From the NCBI GenBank assembly GCA_964016885.1, contig OZ024744.1:49786001-49850000 (forward strand): a stretch of DNA of 64,000 bases, in the 5' to 3' direction. The notes below the pieces were generated by a model that had not been told where the DNA came from, made no database searches, and saw nothing but the letters and a program-made list of their open reading frames with translations. Source of the DNA: Eledone cirrhosa (taxonomy: Eukaryota). Each line of letters opens with the position of its first letter. Position 1 is the stretch's first letter. The translations under genes were made by a program, and so were the position numbers. This document shows positions 1-11,254 of this stretch, in pieces.

Positions 1-142
1 CACCAGGATGAGTAAACTTAGGAGAAAGAGGGTGTTGGAAGATTGGAGAAATAAAAGTTTTATCAGAATAAGTGAAGTGAGCAGGAAAGTAGTCAAACAT
101 GCAGGGGTGAGTACCGAGCTGGTTGTGGTCTAACCTAGTCTA

Positions 143-720
143 TCATTGGTACTGATATATGTATGCAGATGTGGTGCATTTTGTGAGTGTGCATGTTGTT
201 TTTATTTTTAGTTTGTGTTCATGTGTGGTTGTGTATGTATGTTGGAGTGGTGTGTATGTGACAGGATGTATTTTCAATTTGTGTGTATGTGTTTCAGTGT
301 GTGTTTTTATTAGTATATAGGTGTATGTGTATGTTCTTTGCATATGTGTTTGTGTATGAGTGTGTACGAGTGTGTATGTATATATGTGTATGTTTATGTG
401 TAAGTGTGTGTGTGAGAGAGAGAGATTGTGTGTGTATATATATATATGTGTGTGTGTTTATGGATGAGCGTGAGTGTGTGTGCAACTGAGTGAGTTTGTG
501 TGAAATATTAATGTGTATAAGCATATGTGTCTGTGTGGATTTGTGTGTATGTGTGTCTGCTTGTCTGTCTGAATATGTGTGCATGCATGTCTGTGTGTGT
601 GTGTGTGTGATATCCCAAACCCTGTATTCTATGCAGAATGTCAAAGTCGGTAGAGAAAGTCAATATACGTACCTTGGAAAGATAAATTTGTGTGTCTGTG
701 TGTCTGTGTGTGGTGTTCAT
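143..720. repeat. Degenerate (TG)n/(TA)n microsatellite field
   Basis: Runs of gtgtgt/tatata; overlapping ORFs are low-complexity (THTH/CVCV). Confidence 0.9.
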
Positions 721-1156
721 TAGATCAGAATACTTTGTGGTAAATCAAACTGACCAATGCTAAAAGAGATGCTCACCTCTCATTTGAACAAGGCCCAGCT
801 ACACATACCCACAAATAGGGCAAGGATCTATTCAAAACCTGAGCTTGTTCAGTAGCAATTTCCCAGACAAGGCTACCCCTCCATGTAAGTACATTTACTC
901 TATCTAAATCCATTCTTCCACCAAAGATCCTTTCTTCCTTCATTCCTAAATCCCTGTGATTCTTCTTCTCATTTATATATATATATATGCTGGAGATTAA
1001 GAATGCTTTTATTTATTTATTTATTTATTTATATTATACAACTTATGAATGTATTTGTGATAAGTATGTGTGTTTACAAAGGTGTATAAGCCATATAGGT
1101 GCTTATTCTATTTATGTGTGTGTATGTGTATAATTATGTGTATACACATATATACA

Positions 1157-1270
1157 CAACTCCAAGAAAGGTGCCAGGAGCAGCACAGCGACCTATTCGT
1201 AACATTCATTGATTTGATTAAGGCATTTGATACTGTCAGCAGAGATGGCCTATGGAAAATAATAGAAAAG
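1157..1270 (+). mobile_element. RTE-type LINE reverse transcriptase fragment
   Basis: Translates QLQERCQEQHSDLFVTFIDLIKAFDTVSRDGLWKI, the RT 'FIDLxKAFD' block of RTE LINEs. Confidence 0.8.
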
Positions 1271-1507
1271 GTAAAAATTCAAATATATATATGGAGAATT
1301 ATAAATGATAGTATATAATTGCTAAACAGTTTCCGAATTAGCTCAATGTGTTTATATATCATTGGTCTGAAGAGAAAGTAGATATTTTAGGGAGAAAAGT
1401 TGGAAAGGTAGACATAAACACAGAGCAAATATAATCAAATATATAGATGGGAAAATTAGTTTTTAAATCATTTTAAAATGTAGATATTTGGTATGTCAAT
1501 AGATAGA

Positions 1508-4500
1508 TTTCTTTATTAGCCACAAGGGCGCAACAAGAAAGGGGACAATACAAAGACATGCCGGGGATTTTACATACAGTCGTGTAAAAAATATAAAAAC
1601 AAACAATTTCAACAATCGAAATCCCCAATAGGGGGGAGGCGCCACAAATGGGTTGTTTAATACCCCGTCGATAGAACAACCCTCAACCCAAGGAGCGTGT
1701 TGTGCAAGTGCTCCTTTCTTCCTTTTGCTCTCTTCCTCAACCTACAGGCTTATAAACAGAGAAGGCCCAATCACTCGGGCCATTTTCGCTTCATTCACCC
1801 ACCTTTCAGTAAATTTACTGGGGTGCAGTGCCTCTCTCTCCACCCTGATTCTCCTTCTAAAGTGATACTTAAAGAAGGGAATCAATTGTTGTCCGGAGAG
1901 AAAGGCATCTGTCCTCAGTCCTCTCAACCTCGTCCACCATATAACTTCTTTCACCATAGCCACCGTACAGAGGAAAACCGCCTCTCTTTCGTTTTTGAAA
2001 GAGTCTGGCGGTTTGATCCTTACTATGGACTCGGCAGTCAACTGTATTTGTCCCATACGCGACAGCAGTTGTTCTGCATAGTTCCACAGGTCGCTTACGC
2101 CCGGGCAGTGTACAATTGCGTGCAGAACTGTTTCAATGTCTTGCGCACATCTTGGACACGTCCTCTTGGAAGGATCCCTGCCAGGGCGTCCGTGCCTGTA
2201 GATCTTGTCACGAACCGGTAGAGCTCCTCGGTAGCACTGCCAGGCCAGGGACCTCTGGAAGTTGTCCATAGGTCCCGGGCGGAAAGTCCTACCAAACAGA
2301 CTGGTGAGCTCATCGTCTTCGACGCCCAGAGTCTCTCCGAGCACGTCGTCGCCCTTGTAACGTACAATCCCTCTATAGAATGTCGAAGTGGAGTCTCCAC
2401 TGATTGCTGCGCCCGCTTGCCAGAGGACTGTGAGCGCCTGAGCGCATTCAATGTGCCAGGCGCCCATCGTTTTCGGTCTTTTCTTCACCCAGGACTGCAG
2501 CTCCGTTAGCGAGACGAGCTGTGGGAAAGCCTGTCTCACAAACGGTGCCCACACCGGTTGGGGGTCGGTGAGGAATACCTGGAGATGCCGCAGCCTCAGC
2601 GCATGTTTGCGCATCATCAGCCACGGCATTCCCAGCCCTCCGTTGGAAGGGTGCTGACAGCAGACGGATCTCCTCACCAGCGGAGCCTGCTTCTTCCACA
2701 GAAACTGGAAGAGCATGCGTTCCATCTTGGCGAGGTGTTCACGGGGACAAGGCACGACAGTCAAGCGGTAGTAGATGACGGACGCTATGAAAGTGTTCGC
2801 CACCTCCGCTCGACCTTTCAAGGACAGTTTGCACTCTGCCCACTTCTGAGTGAGTGCAAACACCTTGGCCGTGACCTCGTTCCAGTTTTTCTCCACCTGG
2901 AGGTCTGGACCGAACCAGACCCCGAGCAATTTCACCAGTCCGTCCGTCCAGCGTCCAACGACGCTGTCGGATGTCATCGGTTTGCCTCTCCACGTACCGA
3001 GTTGCAAACCGACAGACTTGTCTGGGTTTAGTTTTGCTCCCGTCAGCGTTTCGTATTCTTTCAGTATGTTGCCGATCACCCCGATTTCCGAGGTGCTCGA
3101 CACCATTACTGTCACGTCGTCGGCATAAGCCGACGCCGCTTTGCGCAGTCCCGGTTCTAGGGGGATGCCCTGCAACAGCTCCAATTTCCGCAGTAGTGGC
3201 TCTAGAGTCAATACATACAGAATGGAGGAGAGAGGGCATCCCTGTCGAATGGAACGCGTGATTGCGAACGGCTCCGATAGGTAGCCGTTCACCTTGACCC
3301 TCGAGCAGATGCTGGTATGCATCGCCTCGATCCATCCTCTGAACACGGGACCGAAACCGGCCGCCTTGAGAACCGCTTCCAAGTATCGATGGTCGACCCT
3401 ATCGAATGCCTTAGACTGATCCAAGTTGATCAGAGCCCCACCGAAGCCGGGTTTACTACCCACCCTCTCTATGATGTATCGCATGAGGTGGAGGTTGTCG
3501 TGTATGGACCTGGTCGGGATTGCACACGTTTGCGCTTTCCCTACCAGGTTCTCGACGACAAGCGCCAACCTCGTCGCTAGCACCTTGGCCAAAATCTTTA
3601 ACTCTGTGTTGAGCAGAGTTATGGGCCTGAAGTTGTTAATTTCGTCCCCCTTGTTCTCGTCTTTCCTGATCAGCGTTACTACGCCCTTGCCTGCAGAACT
3701 GGGAATTCTCCCGTTCTGCTGCCAATTGCAGTAGACGGCTTCGAGGACGCCAGAGAACAAGTCCGGCATGCCTATGTAAAATTCGTAGGGTAGACCATCT
3801 AGACCGGGTGACTTGCGTTTCCCGCAGCGGCCCAGAGCGTCCCGTATCTCAGTGTCCGTGATCGGTCTTTCGCAGAACTCGGCGTCCGTGTTCGAGAGAC
3901 GCGGCAGGCCGTCGAGGTATGAACTAAAGTCCATTGCCCCGTTCGGCTCACCGTTGTTCTGCTCAAACAGTCGCGCAAAGTGCCGCTGAAAGGCCGCGCA
4001 CATTTGCTTGGGGTCAAGTAGCACGCGTCCGTTTTGGTCTTTCAAAGACCGAATCGTGGACTTGTTGCCACTTTTTGCCTCCGCCACTCGGGCCCAGCTG
4101 ACAGCTTTCGCTCCTTCGTTTCCTAGAGCACGTGTTTTGCTTCTGACCACGCAGCCTTCGTGTTTCGCATCGAAGAACTGGTCCAGTGCCGTTCTCGACG
4201 CTAACACTCTAGCCGCGTTGCCACTTCTAAGTGCCTCCTCTACCTTGGCTACTAGTTCTCTTTCTATTCTGTTTTTCTCTAAGGCTAACTCTCTGCTATA
4301 CCCTATCGATTCTATTCTAATTGCTTTCTTGAGAGAGTCCACCATCTATTGTTGACGATGGCTCCCGTTAACTGTTGCTTGACTAGTTTACTTATCCGTT
4401 CACTGTAAGCTTTACGTGCCGGCAACGACACGTTCAGCTTCCAGTATCCGGGATCCTGTCTATGTATTCTATCACGGTTGACTAAGCAGACGACTAACTT

Positions 4501-5325
4501 GTGATCTGAATAGGCAACCATGTGCATTCGTGGACAGCTTAACATATCCTTGTCCCTTTCTCTAATGAAGAACCTATCTAAATACGATCTAGATGTCCCA
4601 CTGCGGTTTCCCACGTCCACTGTGGTGCAGTCGGGAAATCCAGTCGATACCTATCGGCCAGTTGGAATTGGCCGATTAAAGTTTTGAGGCTGTTGCACCC
4701 CGCTCTACTGGGACATGCTCCCACATAGTCCCATCGTGCATCTAGGATACCATTCCAGTCCCCCACTAAAAGTAATGAGCGAGACGTTCCCAGAAAAGAC
4801 TCTAGACACTTAAAGAAGTCTGGCCGTGATTGCGATTGCCCGGTCGGGGCATAAACGGCCACCAGTCTGAAGGCTCCACCTCCGATACTGTTCACGTCTA
4901 GGACTACCAGTCTACCATCCGGGTCCAAGTGTACTTGCTGTACTCCGACGTCCAGGTTCTTCCGAAACATAACAGCCACTCCACCTCCACCTCCTGGCTG
5001 ACAGAGAGATGCGTAGATCTCAAAGTCGTCGAAGATGGGGGTTAGTTGCTGCCTGTTGTGGATTCTGGACTCGGTGATGGCTATCACATCCATACTGTGT
5101 GACCTAAGGTCGTTTAAAAGTTGGCCCTGTTTCCAGGGCATCCCTAGGCCACGCACATTCACGGTTCCAACTCGTAAACCAGCCATGTTGGTGAAGAAAA
5201 GTAGGAGAAAAAGGACGAAAGGTGCACTTACCTTTTCGTTTCCTGGAGATCGGGTTGTTCAATCTCCATTTGGGTGCTGGATGGGGTGTTGGGTGGGGAA
5301 ACCTTTCAACAGGACGCGGTTGATG
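1508..5325 (-). mobile_element. Tx1/L1-clade LINE, 5'-truncated (ORF2 + 3'UTR), young, with 18-bp TSD
   Basis: GC-rich block encoding APE endonuclease + RT + zinc-binding C-terminus. Flanked by direct repeat GGTATGTCAATAGATAGA at 1490-1507 and 5326-5343; 3' end ...CCTTGTGGCTAATAAAGAAA. Confidence 0.93.
1742..5186 (-). CDS. LINE ORF2 (APE endonuclease, reverse transcriptase, CxxC...HxxxxC), split by two 1-nt frameshifts
   Basis: ORFs 4578-5186 (NVRGL, ITES, GDWN), 4312-4620 (LDRFF, SDHK), 1742-4345 (KSPGLDG, FRPITLLN, DQSKAFD, RQGCPLS, YADD, CPRC..ETVLHAIVHC). Confidence 0.9.
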
Positions 5326-5611
5326 GGTATGTCAATAGATAGACTAATAGATAGTCCTTAATTTTATGCAAGGTGGGAATTAAATTCAGTTATATTCTGT
5401 TTTAATTTAATATCATTTTTTTAATTCCTCCGTGGAAAGTGCATTATGTAAAAGTAATTGTAAATTGATTCATTGTTTTGTTTGTATTTGTTTTTCACTT
5501 ATATGAATTACACGTAACATCCTTTTAGTAATACAATGTATAATGCTGATATTTATAATGCTCTGCAAACATATGTAAGGGATTAAAAATGATTTAAAAA
5601 CTATATATTTG

Positions 5612-5653
<42 letters not shown>

Positions 5654-5779
5654 TGTGTGTTATGTGTCTATGTGTGTGTGTGTGTGTGTTTGTCTGTCTG
5701 TATCGTCATCAGTTCACCCTCTTAGGTATGTATATTTTTGTTTTCTTTTAAATTTCCTCATTTATGATGGTGTTTGTGA

Positions 5780-6115
5780 TGGTTGGTGGAGACCTTGGTT
5801 GGAATAGGTGAAACTTTCATCACAGCCTTTTATCCTCCTTAATTCTTCAGCAATTATCTTCAATTCTTTTTCAAAATGTTCTGCTCTATTCTTGATAAGA
5901 AAGCACTATATTGGTCAGTCTTCTGAGTGTTATTCCAAGGACTTGTTCAGCACCATCCACATAACTATGTATGATTCACTGTCAAAAGCCTTTTTAAGAT
6001 CATAGAAGTCAAGCAAGAAAAGCTTTCATAATTCTTTTTTCTTCCTGCACAAAAAACAATGTCAATTATTCCAGAGGATCAAAAGCAACATTGAGATTCT
6101 GGAAACACTTTCTCC
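5780..6115 (-). mobile_element. Degraded RTE RT fragment
   Basis: Minus strand reads VFPESQCCF*SSGIIDIVF...FYDLKKAFDS, matching the RTE LPESQCGF...DLxKAFD region. Confidence 0.7.
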
Positions 6116-6652
6116 GAGAAGACCAGAAGACAGTTGAGCAGTATTCTGGCAATACTTTCTCTGAGAAGTCCAGAAGACAGTTGAGCAGTATTCTGGCAAC
6201 ACTTTCTCTGAGAAAACTAGGAGACAGTTGAGCAGTATTCTGGAAATACTTTCTCTGAGAAGACCAGAAGACAGTTGAGCAGTATTCTGGCAACACTTTC
6301 TCTGAGAAGACTAGGAGACAGTTGAGCAGTATTCTGGAAACACTTTCTCTGAGAAGACCAGAAGACAATTGAGCAGTATTCTGGCAATACTTTCTCTGAG
6401 AAGACCAGAAGACAGTTGAGCAGTATTCTGGTAACACTTTCTATCAGAAGACTAGGAGACAGTTGAGCAGTATTCTGGCAACACTTTCCCTGAGAAGACT
6501 AGGAGATGGTTGAGCAGTATTCTGGCAACACTTTCTATCAGAAGAATAGGAGACAGTTGAGCAGTATTGTGGTAACACTTTCTCTGGGATGACTAGGAGA
6601 CAATTGAGCAGTATTCTGGCAATACTTTCTCAGGGATGTCCAGGAGACAATT
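6095..6652. repeat. 47-bp minisatellite, about 12 copies
   Basis: Tandem unit GAGAAGACCAGAAGACAGTTGAGCAGTATTCTGGCAATACTTTCTCT with few substitutions. Confidence 0.95.
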
Positions 6653-7212
6653 GTTTGATTCTTATAGAATTCTAGTAATAATCCAGAACTGATTATACAG
6701 AGCAGTTGCCGGTCAAGCAGAAATTGAGAATTAGAATTGGTGCTCTGAAATATCCATATATATATGAATATATATATATGAAAACAATAGCGTAAGGTCT
6801 TCGAAATGCTTTTAATTAAGCATACAGTGTATTGCAAAATACACTATATATACATTCATATATATATCGCTATTTCAGAGCACCAATTATAATTTTCAAT
6901 TTCTGTTTGACCGGTAACCGCTCTGTATAATCAGTTCCTGATTATTACTAGAATTCTATAAGAATCAAACATTCATGATTTTCAGCAAACAGACAGAGTA
7001 CTTGGCTTTGATAAGCACCAAAAAGTGCGAAACAGAGCTCTGTTAGCTTTATCTCCCCTGTTTGCTGAAAATTAAAGTAAGTGAGACTGCCACTACTCTA
7101 AAACAATAGCGTAAGGTCTTCGAAATGCTTTGAATTAAGCATACAGTGTATTGCAAAATACACTATTTATACATTCATATATATATCGCTATTTCAGAGC
7201 ACCAATTCTAAT
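6652..7212 (+). mobile_element. Non-coding retrozyme-like element: 319-bp monomer, partial tandem copy and 5' inverted segment
   Basis: Direct repeats 6781-6893 and 7100-7212; inverted arms 6652-~6775 and ~6850-6971; contains an HHR. Confidence 0.7.
6979..7071 (+). ncRNA. Type I hammerhead ribozyme, U3-A8 core variant
   Basis: GGCT-TTGATAA-GCAC caaaaa GTGC-GAAAC AGAGCTCT GTT-AGCT. Stem III is palindromic; stem I is extended by TTTTCAGCAAACAG/CTGTTTGCTGAAAA. Confidence 0.75.
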
Positions 7213-7308
7213 ATAATTATATATTCGTGTAGAGATATTTTTGCATACACAATAACAAAATATAACAAACGTATTCATTTCACGAGGCTCGATAAGGATA
7301 AATATATA

Positions 7309-7364
7309 TCAAATATATAAGAACCCTAGAGCAAATCCCGAGCAACGCCGGGCCATTCTGCTAG
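7309..7364 (+). mobile_element. Helitron 3' terminus (possible minimal Helitron)
   Basis: GC hairpin CCCG agcaacgc CGGG followed 8 nt later by CTAG|T; candidate A|TC 5' end at 7309. Confidence 0.65.
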
Positions 7365-7491
7365 TATAATACTATACTTGATACCTGAATAAATATTACC
7401 ATCTCTATATAATATTCCACCACATAATACAATACTTCTGCTCTAGTATATGAATACAAAAACATGGTTGTTCCCATAATTTATATTTATT

Positions 7492-9425
7492 TGTGGTTGG
7501 GGCAGAGCTTCAACCAGACAGAGAGTGACCTGGTGGTGGAACAGCACAGTAGATAGGGTCATTAGAGACAAAAGACTGGCATGGAAAGCTTGGAAAAATG
7601 GGGGTAGTAGAGACGGATACACAGCTGCTAAGAGAGAAGCTAGACGTCAGGTGTACTTAGCATGCAGAGAAGCTGAGAGTAGGAGGTTTGCCAATGTTCT
7701 GCGATGGGAAGATCAGAGACGGGTGGTATTCCACATTACAAGGCAGTGTGTCAGTGTAAATCAGGATGTTGTTGGAGATAAATGTGTCCGGAATGATGCT
7801 GGTGTACTAATGATCAGAAAAAGGAAGTCTGGAAATGTCATTATGAGAGACTGATGCATGTGGAGAACGAATGGGAGAGAGAGAAACTACCCCCAGTAGA
7901 CCCGACAGAGGGACCAGCTATTGAGATTGACGATTATAGGGTCCAAGAGCAAATTAAGGAAATGAAAAATGGTAAGGCCGCTGGACCATCTGGGACAGTT
8001 GATGAGATGCTGAAGGCATCAGAAGTAGGTACTAAACTGGTTGCACGCATCGTCAATCAAGCTATGTATGGCAGTGACATACCCAAAGATTGGTGCAGCA
8101 GTATTCTCATAAGTTGTTACAAAGGTAAAGGGGATGCTCTAGAGAGGAGTAATTATAGGGGTATAAAACTGATGGATCAGGTTATGAAAGTGTCAGAAAG
8201 GATATTGGCACAACTAATTATGGAAAGGGTCAATTTAGATGAGATGCAGTTTGGTTTTGTGCCTGAGAAAAGTACAACAGATTCCCTCTTCTTAGTGAGG
8301 CAATTACAAAAGAGGTTCTTAGGGTACCCAGATCTGTCATCTGGTGGTCTCTAAGGAAACTAGGTGTAGAGGAATGGCTTGAGAGGAGTTTAGGACTGGA
8401 TGCCCATGGGTACTTCTCTATGCTGATGATCTGGTTCTTATAGCAGAATCAGTAGAGGAGCTAGAGAATAAATTGTGGCTATGGAAACAGCAGTTGGAAT
8501 AAAGAGGACTGAGAGTGAACATAGCTAAAACTAAAGTGTTAATAAGTAGAAGAGAGGACAATACTCTGATTCCATCAGGGAAATGGACAGGTTCGATATG
8601 TAGGAAAGGAACTGGCATAAATTCCATAAAATGTACGCAATGCAGATGTTGGGTACACAAGAGATGTAGTGGGATAGCAGGCAAACTAACAGGTAGAGAA
8701 AACTATGTATGCAGTAGATGTACAGGGAAAGTTGGCAATAGTAATCGCTGTGATAGACACATTTTTCCAATGCAGGTGGGTTCTATAGAAGTGGTTGATA
8801 GCTTCGGGTACCTAGGTGATCAGATTAGCATGGGAGGGGGGGGGTTGTTCTGAGGCCTTAGTATCTAGAATAAGGACGGGTTGGAAGAAGTTTAGGGAGA
8901 TGCTTCCCCTGTTTACAAAGAAGGGTTTCTCCCTGCATACGAATGGCCAGTTATATGATGCCTGTGTGAGATGCGCGATGCTACATGGTAGTGAGACATG
9001 GGCAGCAACTACAGAAGATATGCGACGGCTGGAGAGAAATGAAGCAAGTATGCTCCATTGGATGTGCAATGTCAATGTGCGTGAACGACCAAGCATAGAC
9101 GAGTTGAGAAAGAAACTGGGTATAAGAGGGATAAGTTGTGGTGTGCCGGAGAGAAGGCTGAGATGGTATGGACTTGTGATGCGCATGGAGGATGACCGCT
9201 GGGTGAAGAAGTGCCAGGAAGTCCCAGTGGAAGGAAGACGCAGTAGAGGTAGACCATGAAAAACATGGGTGGAGGTGGTGAGAGCTGACCTCAGATCGCT
9301 GAAGCTCACAGAGGAGATGACGAAGGACCGTGACAAGTGGAAAGATGCTGTCCTGAATAGGACCTGTCCAACACTTGCAAGCAGGGAAAAGCGGACATAA
9401 AATTATGCTGATGATGATGATGATG
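7492..9425 (+). mobile_element. RTE (BovB-like) LINE, 5'-truncated and internally deleted
   Basis: Broken ORFs with KAAGPSG, NYRGIKL, QFGF, YADD, SFGYLG, GSETW, RRLRWYG, RGRP; (GAT)n tail. Confidence 0.92.
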
Positions 9426-9629
9426 TAAATATGTGTTCTTAGCAAAATTTATTTTTAGCAGTATCTTATAAACTCGTATTAGCGCCTGAAGAAAGGTAAC
9501 TATTTTGATACCTCTTGTTTTCTGGAGGTATGGTCAAATGCGGGCCTTGAAACCTTGAGTATCACTTTTGTTCCATGTATGAACATAAATAAAATAGTAT
9601 GTATATCTAACCCGCTTATCACCACATTT

Positions 9630-10745
9630 AAGCATGCCCAAAATCCACAACCTCCTGATATGCAGTTCCTTCTCATCCTCTCCTATGACGCCACCCAGCT
9701 CTCATCCTTGTTCTCATCCCCGCTGCAACAGCTGTCCTTTCATTTCCAACCTCACCACTCTCACAGGCACCAACAGTTCATTCATTATTCACCACCTCTT
9801 CACCTGCACCTCCACCCAAGTTGTCTACACCCTCCGGTGTTCCCTTTGCGGATCCTTATACCTCAGACAAACAGGATGCCATTTGGTGAACCATTTTGCT
9901 GAATATTTGAGGGACATACAACTCCGTATGGATACCTCGTCGCCCGTCATTTCCGTTCTCCTGGTCACTCTTCCCAACATGTCTGATTCCTTGGTGTCCT
10001 TTTACATCACGGATCACAGCCCTCATGCACCAGGACTGAACAGAGGCTGATTTACCACTTTGGGTCCTGTTTCCTTCATGGACTCAACACCCCTCTCCAA
10101 TTTCTTTAATATCACACACATATATGTTATGCTTACTTCTCTACCCTTTGCCCCATCACATTTACCCCGTCCATTATCACACACACGCTTGTACATTCAC
10201 CTCGAGATTCCTATGGCTCTCTTATGGTTAGAAAAATATACTCTTACATCTCATACAGACCAACTAAATACTCACACACACACCTCTACTTTTCCCTTCA
10301 CAGCTCTGTATACAGACGCACACTCCCTTATATTAACATACTTTTGCTCACAGCTCCGTACTTACAAGAACACACACACAAATTTACTTACATATACATA
10401 TCCTCTTAGTTTTGTTTGGACGTATAATAACACACACACACTCATACACACATGCATATGCACACACACGCGCATAGCTCTATATAGTATACATTTTTTT
10501 TTTCATTTCAGGTAGGGGCGCTCTATCATCCACCTTTTTAAAAAAGTATATCATACACAAAACGCCAGCATCCAGAGATGGCAACATGAATGGAACCATC
10601 TAAAAACATTTTTTTCTGATTCTGCCCTACTCGTCTCTTCAATCTTTCTAGTTTCTCATTCTTTATTCTGATGAAGGACTAGCGTCCGAAAGGTTAAGAC
10701 CCTCTTCCTGTTATTTCAAACACTAAACTAATATATTCCTTCCAT
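9630..10745 (+). mobile_element. Penelope-like element 3' part (GIY-YIG remnant + pLTR)
   Basis: VVYTLRCSLCGSLYLRQTG...FAEY GIY-YIG-like motif; homologous to ~47540-48745; HHR near the end. Confidence 0.8.
10664..10699 (+). ncRNA. Minimal type I hammerhead motif in Penelope pLTR (mutated)
   Basis: TATT-CTGATGA-A-GGAC tagc GTCC-GAAAG GTT-AAGA; paralog at 48641-48676. Confidence 0.6.
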
Positions 10746-10885
10746 ATACTATATCGATTGTGTTGTTATTTGTTTACCTTTTACATACACACACACAAAC
10801 ACACACACACACACATATGTATATGTATATATATATATATCACATAAAAAACGGAGAATCAGTGGTGCGACGAATAAAATTTATT

Positions 10886-10982
10886 AGACATATTACAATC
10901 GTTTCTCTGGCGACCAGCTCGAGGCACGATCGATGCAATGATCGAACCTGACTCTGAAATTGCAAGGTCCTCAGATACGTCT
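10886..10982 (-). ncRNA. Type I hammerhead with long stem II insert
   Basis: Minus strand: AGACGTAT-CTGAGGA-(~60 nt)-GAAAC GATT GTA-ATATGTCT; 8-bp stem I, GUA site. Confidence 0.6.
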
Positions 10983-11009
10983 CGATTCTTCGAAGCCGAG
11001 ATATATATA

Positions 11010-11130
11010 TATTATAAAGAGTCTGGACCCTGGCAGCTGACCTCTTACCATTTCAACAGCTAGTTCCAGTCTTGAACAAGCTGTTGAAACGGCAAGAGGT
11101 CAGCTGTCAGGGTCTTGACTCTTTATAATA
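11010..11130. repeat. ~120-bp imperfect palindrome
   Basis: TATTATAAAGAGTC...AACAGCT versus AGCTGTT...GACTCTTTATAATA. Confidence 0.85.
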
Positions 11131-11254
11131 TAACCAAACTCTACTACCCCAAGTATCGAGTACTCTGTTGAGTAATGGTCTAACCAGTCTCAAACTGAAT
11201 CAATCCTGATTTATATAAATATATGTATAAATCAGGATGGATATATATATATAT

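Noticed and set aside
6095-6652. CRISPR-like appearance of the regular repeat
   Set aside because: Units are contiguous with no unique spacers; eukaryotic context; the unit derives from RTE coding sequence.
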